From contig MQRK01235299.1 of NCBI GenBank assembly GCA_001938485.1, positions 1 to 64,000 on the forward strand: DNA of 64,000 nucleotides, read 5' to 3'. The DNA is from Girardia tigrina (taxonomy: Eukaryota). The translations under genes were made by a program, and so were the position numbers. Shown one piece after another: positions 13,901 through 25,900 of the stretch (position 1 is its first letter; each line of letters begins with the position of its first letter). The notes under the pieces were generated by a model. That model was not told where the DNA came from and ran no database searches. It saw only the letters and a program-made list of their open reading frames with translations.

Positions 13901-16900
13901 AGACCTGATTGATTTCCGAAGTGTTGACCAATTAAATGTTTTAAGAAATTCTAATCAGTCTATTCATATGGACACATCTACAGTTTCTTATCATAGTTTA
14001 TACTCTACTCCAAAGGAGATGAATAATTCCAGTTGTACATTGAAGCTATCATCCATGTCTAACTCGAATTCCTTCAGTAAGATAATTCTATTGATTTATA
14101 CTTGACTTTTTATAAACTACTTACGGGGATAATCAATTCAAATTTTGCGTTATATCATATTATTTTATATATTGCAGATTATATCATGAATACTACAAAT
14201 ATATCATCAAATTGTCTCAGATTGATACAAATTATCAAAGGATCAAACAACTCAATATTTGAAAATAATTTGTATTATTGAAATAAATTTTATAAAACTT
14301 ATTAACACATCAAAAATCTTATCTCTTGTAAGTCTCTTCATCATATTGAGCCAAATCATATTGTACTAAAATATAAGGGAATTTATTTAAACACATCAAA
14401 TTTAAAGTTATAGCATTCCATCATACTAATAGGTCATACCAATATGTCCATGTGCCGGACGGTATTTGTAAGTCCTCAGTACGTTTTTTTTCGAATTCTA
14501 CTGATATTTCAATTAAAAATTATCGCAATTAACCCGGGATCACACGCTAATTGATCTAAAAGACCGTAAAATTTTAAATTTGTGTGCAGTAATCCTTCAC
14601 TTATCGCTATTAATGCGTTCCAGGACCACCCGCGGAAAGTGAAAATCCGCGAAGTAGGGGCGTTATATTTATTTTAATCATATATGTTATTTTAATCATA
14701 TATGTTATTTTAATCATATATGTTATTTTAATCATATATTTTATTTCAATTATATATTTTTATACATTACAATCACAATAAAAAATCACAAAAAAACAGT
14801 ACGAATACAAAACTTAACTTCTCCCTGATGAGACTAATAAACATTGTTATAGGGAGTTGTTTGTATTGCTTTTTTGCCTGAATTAGCAGTGTTTCAGCAA
14901 GTTTCTGAAGTTCTTGAGCCTTTCTCTGCAAGGTTGCAAGACGTTCAAGCTTAGGCCAACCACCTTCTCTCCCGCACCCCTTGTTCTTCTTCCTCCTCTT
15001 CACTTGTAGATTTGGTCAGTTCCTTCAGTTCTTCGTCCGTCAATTGTTGACTGTGCATGTCAAACAGATCATTAACATCTTTGATGTAGTCACGCCAGTA
15101 CAGTTTTAGAGAGAATTCTTCAAGCATATCAATTTCTTCAATAAGGCTTTGCAAATAATATCTCGTGTAAAGCGCCTTAAAAGCACGAATAACTTCTTGA
15201 TCCATCGGTTGAATCAATGAAGTGGTGTTTGACGGCAAGAATTCTACCCGGACCCCATCATACGTTATGTTGGCAGTATGACCTTCAGCATTGTCCATCA
15301 ACAGAAGCAATTTAAAATCGAAACCTTTCTCTGTCAGATAAACTCTAACTTCTGGAATAAAGCACTGATAGAACCAGTGCTTCGTGTGAGTTTTTGTGAT
15401 CCACGCCTTAGGATTATGCATCCAATGCACAGGTAAGGCATTCTTATTTTTGTTCTTTAAGTCTCTAGGATTTTGAGACTTATAAATAAGTCCTGGTTTT
15501 ATCATAAATCCTGCAGCATTTCCACACATGATCAAAGTTACTCCATCTTTGTGAGCCTTATGACCACGAACTACAGCTTCATCCTTCATTATAAAAGTGC
15601 GAGATGGCATTTTCTTCCAAAACAAGTCTGTTTCATCCATATTAAAAACTTGTTCTGAAAGATAGTTTTTTTAAAACACATTTTTTATTTTGAATTAAAC
15701 TCAAAAAACCCGATCATTTTCATAATTATTTTATTTTTTTTACAACAATTTCGATTTCTCTTTTGTACACATTATTTTTTTAATTCAAATTGAATTCCAC
15801 TAAAAACACTTTACACACTTATTTTTTTAATTGGCAACGATTTTTTGTTCCACAATTTTTTTTAAATTCTGATAGAAAAACAACAACAAAAAAACTGAAT
15901 ACACAATATTCAAACATCCAATCATAATTCGCAATTTCACATTCACACACATACACGCAATCATATTCAACACACATCGATCTCAACACAATCAATCACT
16001 TATCCCAATTAATTGCAACGCAAATTGTAATTTACAAGACAAAGCGATAATAATGATAATACTTAATGTTATTTATTTAATTTATATGTATGTATAACTT
16101 TATTTAATTATTTAATTATATATTTTTTACTTTATTTAATTTATTATTTTGAAAACTTTATTTAATTGTTTAATTCATTTAATAACTTTATTTAATTTAC
16201 CTAAACCTATTTACTTATTTCGCTAACTTAATTTATTTACATTACCTTTCCCAAACTGGAAAAATGTTCGGTCAAACATTTAATTTCCGCTCTAACTACT
16301 TTTTCAGTTTGTCTGAATGCGGTTCTGATCAACAATTTTGTTCTTTTCTTTCAGCATATCCTATTTTTTGCCTTACTGTTTTTGTACAAAGCTATGTAAA
16401 AGTATAAAATTACTGCAATTCTTTTTTTATTTTTTCAGAGAACTGAAATTGAAGATGAAGTAGAATTTAGTTTTCTAAAGTCTTTTTTACATTCGATTTT
16501 CACCGAGTCCTTTCCAGAGTCCTTTCATTGATTTACTAAGGTACAGATTATAGTTGAATTACACAACAGATTATAGTTGAATTATATTGTACTACACAAA
16601 CATTATTTGACTTCCAGTTGTTAGAAAGTCTATTTTTCTTGATTCAAAACTCGGTTCCCAAAGTGACTCTTTTTTCATGTGTGTTCTTTGATGACTACTG
16701 CCTTTATATACTTCTCTATAAATGTGTTCACATCAACATTATCTGAATTGTTGGATTAAAAAAGTTTATTGGATTGTATCGTTCTGTCTTTCAGTATTCT
16801 CTCAATAAAGTTATTTAATTCTTTCGTTATATATAAAACTGATCAAAGAATTCAGTCTTTGATTTTTGTATTTATTATAATTATAGATTCATGTAGCATG

Positions 16901-19900
16901 AAATATGAAATATATAGAATTATATCTGTACTCATTATTTACTTCTTTACAAATATAAATGTTTGATTAATTTCTATATTGAATTAATGAAAATAATAAT
17001 TTTAGGTGCAAATAATTTGCAATCATTATCCTACACGAGTGAATTGTCAGACCAGTCTACTGTTATATTGTGTCATGATAAATCTGAGGATGCCATTGAA
17101 ACTAATTCAAATAAAATGCTAAAAGATTATGAATTATTTCTTAATAATATTATCCGCGAGGCCGAAAGTTTAAAATCACATGATGATTTAAACGATGACT
17201 CCAATAAGAATCAAAACACTTCAGAAGATTGTAATCAAACATTACTTCCAGTTTCTGAGACAATAATCAATTCTGAAACCGAATATGATGATTTGAATGT
17301 TGTGGAGCATACAGTTGATAGTCTCTTGACGTCTGAAAGTGTGGATCAGTTGGAAAACAAAGTTCAGAGCAGTTTTATTCTTACAAACGATGTATCCGAA
17401 AATTTTACCTTAGAAAATATCACTATTCAAGAAAATTTGGAAAACTGTGTTATGGTAGATAACGTGTTAGTAAACAACAAATCGAGTAGTCAAACATTAA
17501 GTCACACCGAGAATGAAAAAAACAACAAAATAGACTCACAACCAACAAATTCCGCATCTGAAAATCAATCTCTTTTTCCAACTTCATCCTTAACTTTGCC
17601 TTCTATTGAAAATTTAGATTCAAATGAAAGTACAATGCTAAATAAAATTCCTGAATCAGCTCCTTCACCCGATTCTTCATCCTCAATGAAACCTTTATCG
17701 GAATATTGTGATGCCAGTGTTTTGTCTTGTTTGAACGAGGATGAAATAATCTCTCAACCTTCGTTTACTTCACAGAAAAATGAAAAAATTAAACAAAAGA
17801 TGAGAAATGTGCTTTCATCAACCGTAATTCCAGAAAAGATAAATCATTTACCCTTATGTCCCGATGTTAGTTCCATATACAGTGATGCTTCATCTTTGTT
17901 AAAACAAAGAATTATGCGTGAATATTTCGAGGTAAGTTGATTTGATTTTGGTCGTGCCATTTATTTTTTTTTAATTTCCTTGTTTTTTCTTTATCTATAC
18001 AAAGTAATTACCTTAATAATAATAATTAATTATTAATTACCTTAATTAATAATTAATATTTATATTGACATGATTGAGTTTTGTACTTTATATATAAATT
18101 TTAAAAAATGGAAGATGACTAAAATTAAAACAATTAGGTCAATTGAAATTGTTTATTTTCATGTTTATTAATTTTGACGGATTAACCGTAATTATCAGAA
18201 TTCTGTGCACTCAATTTCAGAATTAATGGGAGATAGTGACACGTGAAGCCTTGTATATCTTTGGATCATAAAATTATCGTTCACACTAAACTCTCAACAA
18301 CCGTATTGAGTGTTTTAAATGATGTACTGATGACGTATTGATTGTAGAATCATTAACTGCACTATATAAGTAGCATTCTTTTTAAAAATCGTCTGTTCTG
18401 ATGATGACGTTCAATCCGTCAAACAATAAGCATGAAAATAAAAAAAATTAATTGGCTTAATAGTCTTGATTTTGTACTTTAATTAATAACATGGAAAGAT
18501 TTGGGTTTATAACTGTAGAAGTGAAACTCAATGATTTAGAAGTGTTGAATTGTGTTTGATAATTCGTTTGAAAATTAGGAATTAATTGGAAGCTTTTGTT
18601 TATTGTGATGTATATTTTTATAATGACTATTTGTTTGCTCAGTATAAACTAGTAAATCAAAAAATTAAATTTTTTATATCCATTCTTTATGCAGACAGAA
18701 CTCTACTTTGCCAACAAAGATTTTAAAATTTTCTAATTCTAATTACGTTCAAAACAATCAAGGAAAAGTAATCAATAAAGATGAAAATAAAGGGGATAAG
18801 TTAAATACAGATAAATATAAAAAATTAGTAAAAGATAATGAAGAAAATAACCAAAAAAATTGTGAAAAAATTTAACCAGTTGTTTGAATCAGCTGAAATT
18901 AATTCTCTTAAAAAAATTAACAAAAATAATTTTCCTCGCGGAAACCCAAAGGGTTTCCGCTCGGCAGAACCAGAAATAACTGGAGTGTGTCGTGCAGTCT
19001 CTAATGAGCTGCGTATAACTATACAAAATAATAATATACAAAATAGAAAACTCTAACGAGAAAAATGATAACTCTGAAAATTATGAAAATAACACTATAT
19101 TATCTAATGATGTATTATTATATGAATCTTCTGAGACCGCAGAAACACCTTTAGTTAACCAGAAAGAGGATTATTCAGGTCGTGATAGCGATAACCTCAT
19201 TCATCTTACACCGGCCGCATCTGACTTGACTAAGCCACTATTATTTCTACCACCAATTCTGGAAGCAGATCATATCAGTAGAGATAATTTTGAATACGCT
19301 TTTCGAACATGACTAAATAAAAAAACAATCTGCTGCAGTTGCCATCATCGTAACGGCTGAAAAAATAGTAATTACCGATAACGCAATTAAAACTCTGGAA
19401 AAGATTCAGGGACATAAAATTTTATGAACCTTTATAAAAAATATTCACTGTGTTGCGGAGGGGATAGAAAGAGTAAACAACATCCCACTCTGGTTCTTGG
19501 ACAAACTAAATAGACAGGCTTTTGAATTAGGAATCCCAGCACCCCCCTCATAAGAAGAAGCGTATATAACACATAGAGCTCCGACTGTTTTCTCTCCAGA
19601 GAAATTAGAGTACATCTTAGAATCTATATGTGACAGATGTCACAAACAGTGCAATGCCTCTGGCATTGCAGTCAGGCTACTTTGTGACGAGATCTCGTTG
19701 GAACTTCATGACTCTAAAAAATACAATCACGAAGAAGCCAAAAATTAAATCTATAAAACTCTAAAATTACTAAACTATCTAAATAGCACATTTAGACTTA
19801 GAGATGCTGATGTTAATCTAAAGATTAGGTTACAAAATATTGTCAGAGAACATAAAATCTCTTTATCAAACTATGCAATTGTCAAAAGTCTATTTTCGAT

Positions 19901-22900
19901 GAATGCCATTAAAGTTGCCACTGAGAACACTATAAAAAACTGTCAATATAAAAAAATAATAATAAAAATGATGATATAAAAACAAATGACTCTATGTCTA
20001 ATGATGCAACCAGATCGGTTTTCCGACTGTTGCTGGTAAATGTGACAATGCTACTACAACTACGGGATCCAGAAAGACTGAGAGTCGAGTAACTGTCGTC
20101 GCCAAATTTGCCAATCCGGTTGACCTTGATGATAGTCTTGGACTTATATCTACCGTGTCAGAGGTCGACCTAACAAAAGAAAACATTGTTAATGACAGTG
20201 ATAGTGACTTATTCTCGGATGCTTCCAGCATGTCTTCGCGATTTGTGGCTCCAAAAAATAAAAAATATGCAAAAAACTAATAAAAAAATTTGACGGGATG
20301 GCCCTGCAACTTTGACTGTTGTTGAAGATGCAGATAGGCCGCCAGATCCCATATGTTGGTTCGACAACGATGATATAAATTCCTTCTTGGAACACATCAG
20401 CATCTCAAAAAAGTCTCTGGTTCTGCCAGACTTTGTTGCAACTAGGTTGTTTCATGGAGAAGACAATTTAAATTCGGTCTATACTGGTTTTAATACAAAA
20501 TAAAGAGATACATGTGTAGTTCCAATCAATCACAACAACACACATTGGCTTGCACTGTGCTGCACGCCGGAACACGCGTATATCTACAACTTACTGAGTA
20601 ACTTGCGGTGTGAGAAGACAGTTACAGCTCTAGTGGCGCCACTCATTACTGACATAAACGAAGTCGTCACAGACAGAAAAAATAAACCCTATAGAGTGCG
20701 GCTCACACTGAAGTTCCCCGAATCTGAGCAGCAGACGCACAATAATGACTGTAGTTTTTTTGTTTGCGGCTTTATAGAAAACATAATAAACGAAACAATC
20801 AAACCCCTCTTTAAAATAAACATAGAAAACATCCGAAAACGCTGTCATCAGCTGCGCTCTCATGTATCGGATTGTCCTGCGGGAAGAACTGGGGGTGGCG
20901 ACATTTCAGTCACTGAGATATCTAAAACAAAAGTTTATTCTAAAAAAAATAAGTCAACAGAAAATTCATGTATATAATACCAAAAGGTAAACAACTATGA
21001 ACCTCCGACGATTTGAATATTTTCAAATGTCGAATCTTATTGATATATTACCGCCTAATGATAAGTGGCTTACCTTATCTACACAAGTCACTTATCAAAT
21101 TGCCAAAAGTAATGAAATGTTTGAATTACAATCATTTCTGTGTTCTGCAATATTACTCTCACCCACATTACGACAATATTCTTGAATTATCCTACGAGAT
21201 GACTGGACGTCTCTCCAGCGTATGTGACATTATATCCATTACATGTAAATTTATATATGAGATCCGAACATAATCCAAATGGGGTTGGGGATTTATTATA
21301 AAATACATTTTGGATTTTATATGTTTCATAAATATTTTTGTGTCGAATTTCCAAATTAATCGTTTGATTTCCTAATTCATAACAGAAAAACAAAGAATAC
21401 CTCGTATCTGCGTTGTCAGATAAAAGCAGTGAACTGACATTAAAGCCTCTAGATTCCATGGAAAATGATACACCTAGAAATCCAGATTCCGGTAAAGCAA
21501 GTTCCAGACTTACAACTGACCGCTCAGGTGAAAGTACTGCAAGAATGACAAACGAAGACATTTTTATAACACCTCGGAATGACGAATGGACAGACTATAC
21601 GACCAGAGATGAATGGTCATCATCGCACAGTAACTTTCGACCATTGTCTGAGTACCGTTCAACTAAAGATAACGACATTGTAACTTCGATTTCTATTTTT
21701 CATTGTATAATTAATTTTTAGGTTACAGAAAGTTGCGAGACAGCAAATACCAATGGTTCTAACAAGAATTCTATTGGTAAAATGTTTTTCATTCTTTTAT
21801 CAATAATTGTTTACACTACTTTTAGATAACGACAGAACCATCCAATGTTTTAATAATAGAGATAGTATTGATCTGATCAATTTTAACTCAAATACACAAC
21901 TTGATAAAATAATAGATTTTGGATCTGGTAAAACTGGTGAGAAATTCCGTTTTTATATGATTTTGAAATGGGATTTTTTATACTGAGTTCGTTCATTAAC
22001 ATTTCGTTATATATATATATATATATACATACAATAGAGGGTGATCTGACAAAGTAGCGATGACAAAATAGCGCCGATTATTATTTTTTTTATTTTCATT
22101 TAACTGAAGTAAAAAAATGTTTTGCATGATTAGATTTTTTAAATAAAAGTTTATAAATTTTATAATTGTATTTATAAAAAAATATAAAATATATTGATCA
22201 AGGCACGTTCATTGATTCAGCAAGGGGTGTAGGCCAATCAAATTTGCGGTCCTTAGACCGCACCCCGAGTAACCGAATCCGGTCTGTTCCCAAATTTCAA
22301 CTTGGACTTCGTGGTAGCCAAAAACTTCAATTGTTGCCCTTGGACCGCATTAACCTTGGACCGAGTTAAGTCTGTTCCCGCCAGCTCGATCAACACCTAA
22401 TTTGTTTGATCAGCTCCGCCACGACCACCAGCAGCTTTTTCACGTTACGCGAGAAGTGCGAATCAAACAGACCGTTCTTGACATTGCACGCGTTCACTGC
22501 CACCTTACAGTAGAGCAAGCCCACTTCACGGTACAACTAGCTCTCCGTCTGTTCGTCCACGACCCGCCTCTCGATTATTTTCGTGTCCACCTCGTCCTCA
22601 AACACGCTGCTGCTATATTCCTATGCTTGTTCTTAAAATTGTAGCCAAACTTGGGTGCTTTCCCTACGCACACTCGCTACCCAAGTCCTAGCCGGCCGAG
22701 CACGAGTGTCATAAACGTTCCTCTATCCACGCTCTCGACCACCAGCACGAATGGCCATCGAGATCCTCTCCGAGAACAGAATATACTCGTCCATGAACTT
22801 GAACCTCGCGTCCCTGTCTGCTTTGACAAAACACGGCGAGATGCATCCACGATCGAACCCCATCAGTGGAGCGTCCTGGCGTCTCCAACCGCCGTTCATC

Positions 22901-25900
22901 CCGATCTTTTGAATCACCTCCGAGATCGAACTACCGACCCATCCGTACCACTCGTCGAAATCACCACTTCCTGGCGATCCCCTTGGGCGCTCCCCATTGG
23001 AAATCGATCGAATTAACGGCCTTGTTGATCTTCCCACATCCGTACATATAATACACAAAAAATAATATACAAAGCCAAAATTTTAATAATAACGCTATTT
23101 TGTCGGGGAACCATACTAGAGAGTTTTAGCCCGATGTACGGTCTTTGCTGGTTGCTACAATTTTCATTAGTTTCAATAATTTCTCTAAATTATTTTGTTC
23201 ATAACTTCTAGATTCACTACCTACTCTATACACTGTAATGAATTTTTCTAACGAAACTTTACATGCTGGCTCTTCATTGAACTGTACGTAAGCAGAAATG
23301 ATAAAGTTTTACAGAGCAAGTGGAGACTCAATAATTGGAGCCATACAAATGTTATTTACATTTCATAATCAAGAGTGCAGTGAGGAAACATTCATTACAA
23401 TGTATAGAGTTAGTAGTTTTAAAAAATTTTACCTTTGTACTGTTTGATTGGTTGCTATATTTTTTTATGATTTTTACTAATTTCACCAAATTTTTTCTTG
23501 TTATACTACTGCCCAGTATATTATAACTGCACTGCATTCACAAACAGAAAAAAATTCCACATAACTATGCGAACTGTAACTATCATGACTGTAACAATTC
23601 AATGCATAAATTCAACAGAAATTTGAAAAAAAACATTTCAAGCATTTGTATGGTTTCGAAATGAATTTAGTCATTTTTATGATGCTATAATATTGTTGAA
23701 TTAAATTAATTTATTTTTTATATTTAATATCTACTTACAATTGTAAGTAAATAATAAAAGCGTTACGCGACAAACAAACATACAAACACATGTCCGCTGG
23801 GTTAATATATATAAGTATACCATGCTGGCCATAATATTACGGTTTTTTAATTATAGTTTTTTTAAAAAAAGTATTGTTTTGGCAAAAGACAGGTAAAGAC
23901 TCATATTTGCTGTTATAATATTTGCACAAAATAGTGGGTATAAAACAATAAAGAACAATTCCAGCAAGTTAATATTTTGTATGTCACACTTCACAATAAT
24001 TGACTAATGAAATGAGAGCAAATACACCCTACACTAAGCTGTGCAGTAATGTCCGGAATAAATGTCAGTTAAGCTTATCACTCCATGTATGGATCATATT
24101 GTCTCACCCTTCGGTCACTCAGCCACGGTCCATACACATGTGCATATTCTACGCAACATCTCACATGCAGACATCAATTAATTGCAGTTAACTTTCATAG
24201 TGTATAGGTATGAATAAAAGAGGGTATACGCATACAGTCATCACATGCTTAACAAATGTGTATGTACATGCTGGTACCCTATACTGAATCTCTCAAGTCA
24301 CCAGCTCGCTTACACACACACTCCTACACACATTTACACCATGCACTGGCTTCAGATTATTCCAAACAATTACTCTGCATGACTTATCTCTCGTTTAAAG
24401 ACATAAATGAGATAGTACAGTGTTTGATAGCGCTGTGTATGTATGTGTAATTGTACATGTTATGGATAAAATGTGCTCTCATAGTCTGACTACAAAATTT
24501 CAATACAGTAAACAAAAATAACAAAAACTGCGTGATCATATTAGACGGCGGCTCGATCACATTAATACACAGAAATTGGTAATTAGGTTTTGGTTTTTTA
24601 AGATTGATCACATGAAATGGCTGATAACAATAACCAGTAATAACATAAAGTGGCACCTACTGTAATTGTGTTAATAACATATTTTTCGTGTTATGATTTC
24701 ATCTCTTGTTATCGAAGTTAACACATTGTATGTGTTGCTTTACTGTGGCTTTATTGAAATTAATTGCAATGTTGTTTTTGTCCTGAAAATTGTATATCGA
24801 TGCTATGGCTTTTAGAAGTAACTGTGAAGGACCCATTACAAGCCAGACTTCAAACTAGAATACAAATGTTCTCAGTATACAAAATTGATTTGAAGTAGCT
24901 AGTGCCAAATGGATAAAGGGAATTTTTATGTATAATTTTTGAAAATTTTAATTCGCAAGAACTCAATCGAAGGTATTCTGCTTGAAGTGAAGCTGGGTCC
25001 GAAATTACAATGCAATTGATCCAAAATGGTTTCTTGTCCAAAAGTATTGAGAACTCAATTGGTATTGAATATTCTTTTGAAATTTAATATTTTGGTCTTT
25101 AATATTTGACAATATTAATGACAAACTTTATGATGAATTCTATTTCAAAAAGACGAAAGTACGTTGAAGCAGAAAAGCGAATTGTTCGAATTTTTTCTTC
25201 CAGAACTCTGCTGGAATATTTTAAAAAAAGCGAGGAATTTTGCAATGGAATAAATTAAAAAATTGAATTTAACTAAAATAATCTTTTTCACGTCAAAATG
25301 TCAAGTACCGATCCAAATATTGTTCAAACAATCAGCACTTGACTAAGAAAATGTATAAACACGATTTGTATCACAATCATTTTTTCTTGTTTTTAGCTTA
25401 ATACAACACGTGCAATAATTCTTTTGTTAATTTGTGATTTAATCACTAATTAATATTTTAGCAAAAATATATTCTAAAGATGTACTCATTTTTAATGTTT
25501 ACATTTAATTTAAATTTGCAATAATTACTTAATTTTCCCGGAGACGAATTGTGACGGAATGCCAGTCATTTGGTTAATAATTTTAACATTTAAATTTCAC
25601 ATGTTTTTGTTTACATATTTTCTAGCATTAATTTTATCACTTCCTATTAATTATTGCATTTACCCGGAGATGAATTGTGTTATCTAAGAAAATAATAACA
25701 ACGGATTAACACGTAAATATTTATTTCAAATGAAAATCAATTTATGATTTCTGAGAATTAAAACAAATTTATTTATTTGTTTTTAATAATTCTCCACTAC
25801 AAATTATTTGAGACAAACTTTCGGGGGAAAATTTTGAGATCGAATTTTCCGGACCCCATATTTGAGATAGAAAATATATGAACCGGCTTAATTATTTGTG

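Noticed and set aside
14669-14758. Tandem repeats (also 59176-59345, 42370-42850) as CRISPR-like arrays
   Set aside because: No unique spacers, eukaryotic context, located inside TEs or AT-rich DNA
22402-22644. Plus-strand ORF open in both cargo copies (and 61761..62180 on minus) as a functional gene
   Set aside because: It is the antisense shadow of the GC3-rich frame; many non-conservative differences between copies
22615-22650. TAA/TAG shared by both cargo copies in LQF*EQA*EY, suggesting a ciliate-type genetic code
   Set aside because: Host genes here end in TAA/TAG; shared stops are explained by decay or a frameshift before duplication
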